A DNA stretch of 64,000 bases, from assembly GCA_002269645.1 (NCBI GenBank), contig NIVC01002567.1, positions 97,187-161,186 on the forward strand, written 5' to 3'. The notes under the pieces were generated by a model. It worked only from the letters and a program-made list of their open reading frames with translations. It did no database searches and was not told the DNA's origin. This document shows, in pieces, positions 32,201 to 46,141 of this stretch; within the stretch, counting starts at the first letter, position 1; every line of letters begins with the position of its first letter. Source of the stretch: Macrostomum lignano. Its lineage: Eukaryota. The translations under genes were made by a program, and so were the position numbers.

Positions 32201-35200
32201 TTTGAGATTGAATTTTAATTTGGACTTTTCTCCTCGCCAAAAAAATCCCAGAGGCGCCCAAATCACCGATAGGGAAAATTTTTAATCGGCGGGATTTCCT
32301 GACTTTGATGCGACTTCGGCCACACCCTGTGCTTTGCGAGACGGGATCATAGGTTGCATGGCCAAGAAGACTCATTCACTACTAATCCCCTTTACTTAGA
32401 AATTGGCTTTTTTGGTCACAATATGACTGCCTATACATTCGCATTGTCCCATGCTGCTCTGAGCTTGTCGAGAGCTTATGCAGCCCAAAAAAGTACATCG
32501 ATCGGATCCGCTGGCTCGAACACAGCTCCCCCCCCCCCGGCTCAAGCCCTCCCGGCCCCCTCCCCGACCCCTTATCAAGCGCCATCGCTGCGTGCCAGCA
32601 GCTGGGGCTGCTGCTGCTAAACTGCCATATCGGATTTCCTGACCCCCAAGCCCCTGCATAGCAACTGATCTTCCTCTCCTCTCTGCTGCTCTCTTCCCCC
32701 TGTCTCCTTTCTCTCATGCCTCTCAATACGGCACGCGTTTTATCTATTTATCTGTCTGCCTGTCTGCCTGTCTATCCGCATGTCTCTAAGCAGGCTGCAC
32801 TGGGCTGCATAGCCAGACCCTCTGCTTCGATATTCGAGCCCTGGCGTGTTGCTGCCGCAGAAATGAGCCACAGGAAAAACTGGCGCGAAGAGCCGCCAGG
32901 AATCGATCCGTATTGATTGCAGCATCTCACTGATGTTGAACTGATGCTGGAGTTTGGGGTGAAGCCTACTGGCACTGGGCAGTGCTGTGTGTAAATTCAC
33001 GCACTTTGTTTGAAGAGTTGGTGCCTTTTTGTTTGACTGCCTGCAGTGTCCGGTTCTTGGCTTGTGTTTGCTTTGAGGGACCCATCCGATACAGAACTGC
33101 CATTGCTGCGTTTTTCCTCTCCCTCTACCCTCCTCTCTCCCTCTACCCTCCTCTCTCCCTCTAACCTCCTCTCTCCCTCTTCTCTCCTCTCTCCCTCTAC
33201 CCTCTTCACTCCCTCTACCCTCCTCTCTCCCTCTACCCTCCTCTCTCCCTCTACCCTCCTCTCTCCCTCTACCCTCTTCTCTTCCTCTACCCTCTTCTCT
33301 CCCTCTACCCTCTACCCTCCTCTCTTCCTCTACCCTCCTCTCTCCCTCTACCCTCCCCTCTCCCTCTACCCTCCTCTCTCCCTCTACCCTCCTCTCTCCC
33401 TCTACCCTCCTCTCTCCCTCTACCCTCCTCTCTCCCTCTACCCTCCTCTCTCCCTCTACCCTCCTCTCTCCCTCTACCCTCTTCTCTCCCTCTACCCTCT
33501 ACCCTCCTCTCTTCCTCTACCCTCTTCTCTTCCTCTACCATCCTCCCTCCCTCTACCCTCTACCCTCCTCTCTTCCTCTACCCTTCTGTCTCCCTCTATC
33601 CTCCTCTCTCCCTCTACCCTCCTCTCTCCCTCTACCCTCCTCTCTCCCTCTACCCTCCTCTCTCCCTCTACCCTCCTCTCTCCCTCTACCCTCCTCTCTT
33701 CCTCTACCCTCCTCTCTCCCTCTACCCTCCTCTCTTCCTCTACCCTCCTCTCTTCCTCTACCCTCCTCTCTCCCTCTACCCTCCTCTCTTCCTCTACCCT
33801 CCTCGCTCCCTCTACCCTCCTCTCTTCCTCTACCCTCCTCTCTCCCTCTACCCTCCTCTCTTCCTCTACCCTCCTCTCTTCCTCTACCCTCCTCTCTCTC
33901 TACCTCTCCCCCTTTCTCTCCCTCTACTCCTTCACTCGAGTTACACTATACATGCATATTTATATCTATCTGGACGAGTGACCCATGTAGCTGATCAGAA
34001 ATGTGATCCCCAATCAGTTAGTTGACCGATCAAATACAAAGCATACCATAACCGGAAGCAAGACTCTTTGTACTTTTTGGCTGTGGACAGATTTGAATAA
34101 ATACAGCAAGAAGTAAGCCCCGGCAGGGTGCCAAGTTGGCAGGCCGTTCTGCATCCGCCATCTCCTTCCCTTACCTCTTGTCCTATTCTCTGTTCAGTCA
34201 TCTTCAATCATTGAAGGTGGCCCTTGACTAACAAAGTTTTTTTTCTTGGAAAAAAGCCAAATCCCTGCGCTTCAGCGCATACGGGAGGAGGCAGGGCGAG
34301 AGGAGAGAGAGGGAGGGGGAGAGGTGAGCCAATAAACACTGGCTGACCATCTGTCATTTAGGCTGGCAATATTTTTGTGGGAAAAAAGCGTGACTGGGAA
34401 GCCCTTCGTGACCACTTCCCATGGGCTCCAAATCCCTTCTGTCCCCGCCTCCTCTCCTTCGCTTCAAAACCTTTTAAGTCGCCACCTGCATCAGGCAGAG
34501 TTGAGGCGGAAGAAGCGTGTAACCCTAACCCTAACCCTAACCCTAACCCTAACCCTAACCCTAACCCAACTTCTGTAAGTCAAGAACAGAATGGCGTGCT
34601 CTGAACTGAAAAAAACGTTTTATACATCAAATACTCTCACAGAAGATATCAAAGACTCTCACAGAAGACATCAAAGACTCTCACAGAAGACATCAAAGAC
34701 TCGCACAGAAGACATCAAAGACTCTCACAGAAGACATCAAAGACTCTCACAGAAGAAATCAAAGGGCCGTATGTATAAAGCCTAGTCCAGACTAGCTAGT
34801 CCGGGCTTGGGTAGTTCAGTCTATAGTCTATGGTCTAGCTACCCTAGTTCTGTCTATAGTAGACCGGTCTAACTTTGCGTTTCTGCATACCAAATCCAAG
34901 TCCAGACTAGCTTTTCAAGACCGGACTACCCTAGACAGAGCTTTCTGCATACGGCCCAAAGACTCTCACAGAAGACATCAAGGACTCTCCTAGTAGATAG
35001 CAAAGACTCTCACAGTAAACATCAGAGACAATCGATATCAATATCTCCAAACCTACTTTAATGTATTAAATAGGAATTATGAGAATGCAATTATTAATCC
35101 CATTGATATAAATGCACTCATAAAATCCGGCGCACTCGAACTTATTCTCGGTAAAGAGGGCCAGCTTCAATCCAAGTGCCAGGAATGCAAGGCGAGTGCT

Positions 35201-36821
35201 TTCTGATTAAAAGAGGAGCCTCATAGAGGAGGAGGGGAGGAGAGAGGATGCAGCAGCTCAGGAGGGAAGCTGAGCCGAGGTAAGGGTGTGGGAAGCGAGA
35301 TGGGCCGAGCAGGAGACTCAGCAGGCGTAAGAAATCTCCATTTCCCCTTTGCTAACTTCCTCTCCCTCCAGAATCCCCGAGCCGGATCCGCTGCATCACC
35401 AGTTGAGCGGCGAGCCTCATTACTCAAAAACTGCTCAGGCACCGCCACTGCAGCTGGTCCGCGCTGCAGGGGGGGGGAGAGATTAGCGCGGAGGTTGAGC
35501 AGGCAAAAAACAATTTATCAGTTCCCTGCAGGAGGCTGACTGATTTCTATGGGGTTGTAAATAAAGTTTGAAGCTAGTCCAGGATCCCATGGAGAGCGGA
35601 AGGCAGGACTCACGGCTGACACTGATTTATTGCCGTGCAGCTCAGCCGGGCGAAGTTTTATTGGTTTATTGCTTTTTAAAACGGAATTGAAAATGGATAC
35701 TCCCTCACCTCTCCTCTCCCTCCCTCTCCTCTCCCTCACCTCTCCTCTCCCTCCCTCTCCTCTCCTCCCTCTCCTCTCCCTCACCTCTCCTCTCCTCCCT
35801 CTCCTCTCCCTCCTCTCCTCTTTCTCACCTCTCCTCTCCCTCCCTCTCCTCTTTCTCACCTCTCCTCTCCCTCCCTCTCCTCTCCCTCACCTCTCCTCTC
35901 CCTCCCTCTCCTCTCCCTCACCTCTCCTCTCCCTCCCTCTCCTCTCCCTCACCTCTCCTCTCCCTTACCTCTCCTCTCCCTCACCTTTTTTCTCCCTCCC
36001 CGCTCCTCTCCCCCACCTCTTCTCTCCCTCCCTGCTCTCTTCCATGTACCTCATTAACAGCCGTCTGGTTTCACTTTCTCTCAGTCATTAATAATTTAAA
36101 CTCGCTTATTTCCAATCCAGCTGCCCTATTCTAGCAGTCCCTGGCTACAACCGCATCGAGCGTCGACTCACGGTCCCAGCTCGTCCGACGGCCCCAGAAA
36201 CTCGTGCGGCCTGCAATTCCAGCTGGCCGGACACTCAGGCAGGCTGACGTTGCCCTTGACTGCCGAGAATTCCACAAACAGGGCTCGAACCCGGGACTTA
36301 TCGGCTATGGCTGCCGTGGGTAGAACTTCGGTAGCCGCCGCTGCCGCGGCGACCTCCGCGGAGTCGCCGAGAAACACCAAGCCGACAGCCTGGCAGAGCC
36401 GAGCCCGCCTGGCCACCTTGAAGGCGCCACCGCCGCCGCCATCAACCCGAGCCATCAGCACTAGCCCGGAGCAGTCGGGCAGGCCGCTCACCCTCAGCAA
36501 GTCGGCGAAGTCCCGCTCACTGCCGAAATTCGCGTAGGCAACTCTACCGAGCGACTTCGATTCGCCGCAGGCGGCCGCCGCCGTCACCCGCAGGCTGGCA
36601 TTGCGGCCCAGGCCAGCCGCCGTCTCCCGAGTGGCCTCGACGAGCCAAGCGTCGTTGGCGTCTCCGGCAGCGAGCATCGCCCGCAGCTGACTGCCAACGA
36701 AATCTTTGGCCAGCAGCTCTTGCTGGGTTGGATCTCTGATCTCACCGATCCCAGAGAGAATCTCCGAGCTCCAGCTCGAACTGTAGTCCAGAGCGCTGTC
36801 TGAGGCTTCGGGTTGCTGCTG
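29232..36821 (-). CDS. M28 NAALADase/PSMA/transferrin-receptor-like protein (probably NAALADL2-like, non-catalytic); exons 36821-36172, 31284-30815, 30112-30034, 29765-29232; 5' exon(s) not identified; one internal frameshift
   Basis: PA domain [12 protein letters not shown]; M28 region RSIVLAFWG...GGAEF / [11 protein letters not shown]...LRASPLL; [16 protein letters not shown] (cf. LGSGSDF...GIPS); dimerisation domain [13 protein letters not shown]...[12 protein letters not shown]...FPQLSQA. Splice phases 2-2-0 are compatible, but exon 31284-30815 is 470 nt and so out of frame near 31030. Confidence 0.8.
30135..30725. repeat. ~19-bp minisatellite in an intron
   Basis: gtagaaaagtgagtgaatg-type units. 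Confidence 0.92.
33110..33935. repeat. 18-bp CT-rich minisatellite
   Basis: (ccctctaccctcctctct)n. Confidence 0.92.
34520..34567 (-). repeat. Interstitial telomeric repeat (TTAGGG)8
   Basis: Eight consecutive TAACCC units on the plus strand. Confidence 0.92.
34633..35020. repeat. ~23-bp minisatellite interrupted by a MITE
   Basis: aagacatcaaagactctcacaga-type units on both sides of 34764-34957. Confidence 0.85.
34764..34957. mobile_element. Harbinger-like MITE (194 bp)
   Basis: TIRs GGGCCGTATGTATAAAGC and GCTTTCTGCATACGGCCC (16/18 match), with a 3-bp TSD AAA duplicating the host repeat unit atcAAAgactc. Confidence 0.8.
35700..36045. repeat. CT-rich low-complexity repeat
   Basis: ctcacctctcctctccctccctctcct-type units. 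Confidence 0.88.
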
Positions 36822-36823
36822 CT

Positions 36824-37720
<897 letters not shown>

Positions 37721-38234
37721 TGCAGATAAGCAGAAAAACAACGTAGTGAAAGCAAATTAAAAATTGGCAGACAACAGAAAAGTAGAAAGTGAAAGTCAAG
37801 CATCATCAGCGAGCGTCCGAGCATCCTGCACCCCACTCTCTCAGCTGGCGATAACGAGATTAAATAGAAGAAATTCGGACGAAATGTGCGCCGCTCGAGA
37901 GTAGAAAATGGGAGCAGGGGAGGTCCTGGAATGCCCGCCCAGTTTTAGCCAAGTTCCCGGGCGCTCCTCTGCTCCCCTTTCTCTCTTTGGACCTGTCCAT
38001 TAAGCTGGTGTGTGCGCGGAATTTCCCCGTTTCATTGCCTGTCCCGCCGCCGCCCACTTTGAGCTGCTTGCGGGGGTGACCGCGCATGGGAGGGCGAAGG
38101 CGCTTCGGTGATTAACTGGAGTGCCGGCCGGCGATAAACCACTTTCTAAGAAATTGCGACAAAGAGTGTGTTTTGATATATGAGCGATGCATGCACATAC
38201 TAAGGACAGTCTCAATGCAAATTTTGCTTCACTC

Positions 38235-38860
38235 CTCCCTCCCCTGTCTTCTCACTCTCTCCCCTGTCTTCTCACTCTCTCCCCTGTCTTCTCACTCTCT
38301 CCCCTGTCTTCTCACTCTCTCCCCTGTCTACTCCCTCCCTCCACTATCTACCCACTCTCTCCCCTGTCTACTCACTCTCTCCCCTGTCTACTTACTCTCT
38401 CCCCTGTCTACTCACTCTCTCCCCTGTCTACTTACTCTCTCCCCTGTCTACTTACTCTCTCCCCTGTCTACTCACTCTCTCCCCTGTCTACTTACTCTCT
38501 CCCCTGTCTACTCACTCTCTCCCCTGTCTTCTCACTCTCTCCCCTGTCTACTTACTCTCTCCCCTGTCTTCTCACTCTCTCCCATGTCTACTCACTCTCT
38601 CCCCTGTCTACTCACTCTCTCCCCTGTCTACTCCTCTCACCTGTCTACTCACTCTCTCCCCTGTTTACTCACTCTCTCCCCTGTCTACTCACTCTCTCCC
38701 CTGTCTACTTACTCTCTCCCCTGTCTACTTACTCTCTCCCCTGTCTTCTCACTCTCTCCCCTGTCTACTTACTCTCTCCCCTGTATTCTCACTCTCTCCC
38801 ATGTCTACTCACTCTCTCCCCTGTCTACTCACTCTCTCCCCTGTCTACTCACTCTACGTA
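38235..38860. repeat. 20-bp minisatellite
   Basis: (ctcactctctcccctgtcta)n. Confidence 0.93.
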
Positions 38861-39291
38861 TGTCCCGCTCCCTCTCTTATCTCTCTTCTCTCCTTCTCTC
38901 CATCTCCTCTCTTCTCTAATCATAGTAGTTTCTTTTAGCTATCTGCATGTCTCCAAATGCTTGGCCTCGTCGCCAGTTCAGCCATGTGACTGGGGCCACA
39001 GTTATATCTTCTACTCAACATATCGATATTGATCCAGAGTAGACAGCACAGCTGCTTGGGTTCCAGGAAACCATCAGAGCGCTCCAAGCGAGCAAGCAAT
39101 TACCAGCGGATTTCCCAGGCAATATCCCAATGTAAGCTCCTCAATGATTCCACGAAAGTCCTGGTCACGAAGAGACAATTTATTTTTTGGGAGAAAATCT
39201 CATGATGACTTAGATATTTCCTGTTTCCAGAATGCTTGAGTAATGGCAAAGATTCCTAGATGGCAAAAGTAAGCAAATAGAAGTGCCAAGA

Positions 39292-39815
39292 AAGACACTG
39301 GAGTGCCAAGGAGAGAAAGTGTAGTGCGTAGGAGAGACACTGGAGTGCCAAGTAGAGACGCTGGAGTGCCAAGTAGAGACACTGGAGTGCCAAGGGAAGA
39401 CACTGGAGTGCCAAGGGAAGACACTGGAGTTGCCAAGTAGAGACACTGGAGTGCCAAGGGGAGACACTGGAGTGCCAAGGGGAGACACTGGAGTGCCAAG
39501 GAGAGACACTGGAGTGCCAAGGGAAGACACTGGAGTGCCAAGGAGATACACTGGAGTGCCAAGGGGAGACACTGGAGTGCCAAGTAGAGACACTGGAGTG
39601 CCAAGGGGAGACACTGGAGTGCCAAGGAAAGACACTGGAGTGCCAAGGGGAGACACTGGAGTGCCAAGTAGAGACACTGGAGTGCCAAGGGGAGACACTG
39701 GAGTGCCAAGGAAAGACACTGGAGTGCCAAGGGGAGATACTGGAGTGCCAAGTAGAGACACTGGAGTGCCAAGTAGAGACACTGGAGTGCCAAGGGGAGA
39801 CACTGGAGTGCCAAG
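39292..39815. repeat. 21-bp minisatellite
   Basis: gagacactggagtgccaaggg-type units. Confidence 0.94.
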
Positions 39816-40139
39816 GTGAGAGACCGCATGATCTGAAGCATGAGCAGGTGTCTCGCAGTCTTCAACTATGGGAACAAATTTCGACAAAGGGGATTCGGGC
39901 TAGCTGCTTGCCTCCTCAGCACTCAGAGCTCCGAAGCAGGTGAAGTCCTGCAATTAGTGGACTGCGTTCAAGCCTTTCTTGAAAGCTGGATGGAAGGAGC
40001 AGCTCTTGATGAGGACTCGAGCACTGAGCTCACAAAAATGTTTTAGTCAGAGACAAAGGATGTGAAACTTCTTTAGACTGAAAAGGGACTTGAATGCAAT
40101 TCGCAGGAAAGCTATAAATAGCTCGACTGGGTAGGTTTC

Positions 40140-40950
40140 AAGTAATTAAATTACTCGCATACCCATTCACTCACTCACCTACCCACTCACTCACTTCCCT
40201 ACTCATACACTCACTCACCTACTCATTCACTCATTCACTCACCCACCCATTCACTTACTTCCCTACTCATACACTCACTTCCTTACGCATTCACTCACTT
40301 CCCTACCCATTCACTCCCTTCACTACCCATTCACTCACTCACCTACTCATTCACTCATTCACTCACCCACCCATTCACTCACTTCCCTACCCATTCACTC
40401 ACTCACCTACTCATTCACTCATTCACTCACCCACCCATTCAGTCACTTCCCTACCCATTCACTTACTTCCCTACCCATTTACTCACTCACCTACTCATTC
40501 ACTCATTCACTCACCCACCCATTCACTCACTTCCCTACACATTCACTCACTTCTCTACCCATACACTCACTTCCCTACCCATTCACTCACTTCCCTACCC
40601 ATTTACTCATTCACCTACTCATTCACTCATTCACTCACCCACCCATTCACTCACTTCCCTACACATTCACTCACTTCCCTACCCATTTACTCATTCACCT
40701 ACTCATTCACTCATTCACTCACCCACCCATTCACTCACTTCCCTACACATTCACTCACTTCTCTACCCATACATCCACTTGCCTACTCATCCACTCACTC
40801 ACTTACCCATTCACTTACATAACCTATCCATTCACTTACTTCCCTACCAATTCACTCAATGACATGCCTGTTCACTTACCTGCACTCATTCACTTACCTA
40901 CTCACACATTCACTCAAATATTCACTCACTCCCCTACCATGCCACTCACC
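40140..40950. repeat. CACT/CATT-rich compound repeat
   Basis: cccattcactcacttccta-type units. Confidence 0.88.
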
Positions 40951-41695
40951 TTTGGTGCAAAAGTAGATGGCCTTTTAGTAAAAAAAATCGCTTTCGCTCT
41001 GCTGTACCACCTGGCTTCCCTGTCCGTCTCCAGGCAGTGAAGCTGTCTCTTTAATTACAAGTCTCCACTTTCCCGTCAACGTGATGATTTTTAATTAAAC
41101 AAAAACGTTGTCAGCTTCTCTTGCCAGCCCTCCCTACTGTGAGCCTGAGCTGCAGAGCTTAACGGCTCTTGCCTCGGGCCTGCCGGCATTTGCCACCCCC
41201 GCCCTCCTGTTCCCCAGCCAGAGAGGGAGAAGTGAGAGCCAATCAGAACGGGGGGCGTCAGTCAGGTCTGGGATCCGGATGAGTCAGTCAGTCAGTCAGG
41301 CTGGAATAGAACTTGGGGAAAGGAGAATTCCTCTCTGCAAGGATGCACGCAATGCTTTGCCGGAGCTTCCCGTCCGGAGAATTATGGAGAGAATGGAAAG
41401 AGATGGAGGTGGATGCTGGAGTGACGGTGAATGAGGGATTCGCAATTGTTGTATTTTGTGTCTTCTATTGAATAGCCCAGCCTGCTAAGGCTGCATCAGC
41501 ATTGTTTGGGGTTTCTTTGCCCAGAGAGGATCGGTAAGTGTGCAATGCACAGCAATACAGCACATTATTAGTCCCATTTTGAATCGAGAGCTGAGCTGAC
41601 AATGGCCAACATTTCTGTTGAGTTTCAATGGGGAAATTTCCTAAGATCCCTTGGCTTTTTTCCCGACACAATGAAAATAGCAAGAGAACTGCAAA

Positions 41696-42074
41696 TGCTA
41701 GCGCCTCTGGTGCTGGCGCCTCTGGTGCTGGCGCCTCTGGTGCTGGCGCCTCTGGTGCTGGCGCCTCTGGTGCTGGCGCCTCTGGTGCTGGCGCCTCTGG
41801 TGCTGGCGCCTCTGGTGCTGGCGCCTCTGGTGCTGGCGCCTCTGGTGCTGGCGCCTCTGGTGCTGGCGCCTCTGGTGCTGGCGCCTCTGGTGCTGGCGCC
41901 TCTGGTGCTGGCGCCTCTGGTGCTGGCGCCTCTGGTGCTGGCGCCTCTGGTGCTGGCGCCTCTGGTGCTGGCGCCTCTGGTGCTGGCGCCTCTGGTGCTG
42001 GCGCCTCTGGTGCTGGCGCCTCTGGTGCTGGCGCCTCTGGTGCTGGCGCCTCTGGTGCTGGCGCCTCTGGTGCT
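41696..42074. repeat. Perfect 15-bp minisatellite
   Basis: (gcgcctctggtgctg)n, ~25 identical copies. Confidence 0.97.
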
Positions 42075-42698
42075 AAAACCCCATTAATTGAAATGGCATA
42101 AGTATAAAAAAGCGGCGTTGAATTTAAAATTCTTGCTTTTTAATAGAGGAGGCCAACCGAATTCCCGGAAGTTGCGGGCCATTTCTAGGAATTTCTAGGC
42201 GACTCCTATTTTTCCCATATTAAAGTCACGCAAGCGCCGATCGATATCTATTCTACGAGCTACGAGAAAAAATAATTTAACATTTGATATAGACTACTAA
42301 CAACTGTAAAGTGAGTAGGATGCACAAAATAAATAGTATTCAATTTTTAATTTCTGTTAGAATTAAAATGTCGACTTCGTTTTGCCTGTTTGTTTCTTGG
42401 AAAAAATCTAATAAGTATAATTGCAACGTTGAAGTTAATTGTCTCAAATTGCCTTTTAATTCACGAGGAAGATCTAAAAGCCGCAGGTGAAACCCATTCA
42501 AATTTAACTCTGATTCAGAACTTTTCTGACATAATATCTTGCCTGGATTTCTTCTTCCGCAAAGCAGACGGTTTGAAAGGCAGGCCGAGCCAATTATTTT
42601 CTGCCGACTCAAAGCCCTGCGGCGAACTGGCGACAATTGCTCTCTTGGAGATAATTGTACTGGAAAATCGGAAAACCGATTCAATTCCGGCTCTGGGT

Positions 42699-43378
<680 letters not shown>

Positions 43379-45344
43379 ACGGATATTGTTCAAGATCAAG
43401 CCCCTTAGACTCTTGGGTCTTGTCCCTCTACCTCCAGGTCTTGAGAGTTAATGTGCCATTTTAGCTCGTACTGACACTGAGAGCTGGCATCTCCTGGGAG
43501 GTTGGGATCGGCGAATCAAACCATGATTGACCACCAGGCGAGCTGCTCTATCGCTTTTGTCTGGCAAGGTAGAATTTTCAGAGGTTCAGCCAAATTCAAT
43601 GGGAGATAGAAATGGGTCGAGAAATAAGCAAGCAGTTTTATAACCCATTCAATCGAAAGTAATTATCTAATTTATTCCATTTGTCCCACAAGTGGTTTAG
43701 CCTCCACTTCTTGGTTAAATGGCCCTCACAATTCTGACTGAATGAAGCAGCATATTGTCGAACGTCGTTATAATAATTCCGGAAAGAAAAATTAAAATCT
43801 CAAGCTCTACGCAGTTTTTTTTATTTCAAGCCTGATTTTACCATTTGCGGCTGACTGCACACCTTCGCAGCTGATTAGTGGCCCACAGTTAATTAGCCTG
43901 CAGACTGCCCGACATAGCCTGAATGATTGCAGACTCTTAAATACGCTCAAAGAAGACTTAAGAACGGAGCAGCTCTGCAATCAGCGTCTCCTGGCGGATA
44001 CGTTTTAATTATCTTGGTGTAATGTAATCCGACGTCTACATGGTCAGATTTTCAGTTGCTGTGCTCAGCTCTCCTGCTGTTAGCTGGATTAAAGCTCAGC
44101 AATTAATCAGGGTGAGTAAGCCGGCTCTGACTAATGGGGTCAGAACTGGAGTCTGGGATACCATCTCGATAACTCTGACTGCAGTTTTTTAGTTTACCCC
44201 AACAGAAAACTCGAAAATCTTGTCCTAGTTCGAGTTTTGATAATGCGCATTAGTTTTTATACTTTTCAAACTACAGACGTTAAAATGCTTTGATGCATGA
44301 ATTGTCGATTTTCAGTTTTCAAGTTGCTCTGACGTTTAGTGTAGCATTCCAAGTAATGTTGGTCCAAGTAAGTTTAAAAGCGTAAAATGACGTCGCGACA
44401 TTTTGTCGTTTTCTTCAGTTCATCTGCACTCGTCTCTGTTTACTCTGTTTTCTCATCCCTTTGTCCAGTTCAGTCTTGTTAGTCTTATCTCTCCTCCCTC
44501 GCTGCCTTCTGATTGGCTCTTCAATCTCGCCTCTTGCCTTAGTCGCGCACTTCACCCCTCCTCCTTATCTATCTTGCACTCCCCCCCCCCCTAGTTTATG
44601 ACATAATATACCCGCTTGGGCCTTGAGCCTCACTTCTATGTACAATTGACTATCTTATTTTTTACAAGATTGAACTGGGACAGAGGCGAGAGAAAACAGT
44701 AAACAGATGACGAGTGCAGATGAACTGAAGAAACGATTAAGAAAGCCGCGACAATGCGACAAGAGACTTTATCTTTGAATTTGTTTTGAGACTTTAGCTC
44801 TGAAATGCAGCAAGCTTGTAAAAACAGGTTCGAATAATCGGAAGGTGATGCAAAATTTGAAATGAAGATTTTCGCGGAAGAGTTGGCTGCACTTCAGATC
44901 CTGGTTCTAGACGTCCTTGGCTCACATTGACCAATCGCGGCAGAGCAGAGTTCGCAGTCCTGAGAAACACTATTTCTGCAGCAGTCGAACCATCCTCCCC
45001 AAAATTTCTTGTTAGATAAATTTTTCTTCTAGAAGAAGCCAGAAGAAATTCTCTCAGACATTCTCGAAGCCAAACTCAACATGATAGAGGCGCTGCAGCG
45101 ACTGTGAGTAATCCGTTGATTGAAGCGTGAAGTTCTACACAAGCCTCTAAAAGCAGACAGTCAGAAAAAACTTGTAATTATCAGAGTTGTCTCTGAGGAG
45201 ATTCGTGCTGGGCATTGCGGCTTAAGCTTGAGTTGGCGACTCACTTTAAATTTGGCCCAGGCAGAACTTTGGCGGCCAAACAATTAGTTTATTAAAAGAA
45301 GTGCTAAGAAACTATGCAAGCCTTCATTCATAAGCCTTACACTG

Positions 45345-45730
45345 TGCCTCTACCCCAAGCAATAGAATGCAAACATCCATCCCTAGGCCATAAACTCAAA
45401 CCCTCTACTCCTATGCCATAAACTCAAAACCTCTACCCCTAGGCCTATAGACTCAAAACCTCTACCCTAGGCCCATAGACTCAAAACCTCTACCCCTAGG
45501 CCTATAGACTCAAAACCTCTACCCTATGCCATAAACTCAAAACCTCTACCTCTAGACCATAAACTCAAAACCTTACCCACGCCATAAACTCAAAACTCTA
45601 CCTCTAGACCATAAACTCAAAACCTTTACCCACGCCATAAACTCAAAACCTCTACCTCTAGACCATAAAATCAAAACCTTTACCCCTATGCCATAAACTC
45701 AAAACCTCTATACCCTAGGCCATAGAGTCA
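45345..45730. repeat. ~28-bp minisatellite
   Basis: aaaacctctacccctaggccatagactc-type units. Confidence 0.87.
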
Positions 45731-46141
45731 CGCCTACCCTCATGCCACAAGTCCTAAGTATATTTATTGTACTAGGCCATAAAATATATACTTCTATGTT
45801 CTATCCCAAAGCAACAAACTCAAAGCCATGATGAAAAAATCACCCCCAATATACTCAAGTTTCAATCAAAACCAAACCGCAAGCACCCCTAAAAACTCCA
45901 GGACACCCCAGGACTGGCTATGCTGCCAGTGGCTACTGCCAGCGTTCCAGAACACCGTCCTTGGTCCTGTCGCCGCAGTCCACTCGGTCGGTGTCCGTAG
46001 CCGAGTTCGTGACTATTTCACCGAGGCTGTGCCGCACGCCAGCGGCCAGGAATGCCTGCCTGACAAGTGCGGCAGATGCGAAGCGGCAGGAGCTAGAGCT
46101 GGCCCAGGTGCTGGTCAAGCTGCTACGAATCTTGGGAAGCG

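Noticed and set aside
39840-40046. 68-aa ORF with protein-like composition
   Set aside because: No recognisable motif or splice context; it may be a TE fragment but cannot be assigned.
41628-42101. (GASGA)n ORF resembling silk or elastin
   Set aside because: A perfect 15-bp DNA repeat with no synonymous variation, open in more than one frame, and with no splice or signal-peptide context.
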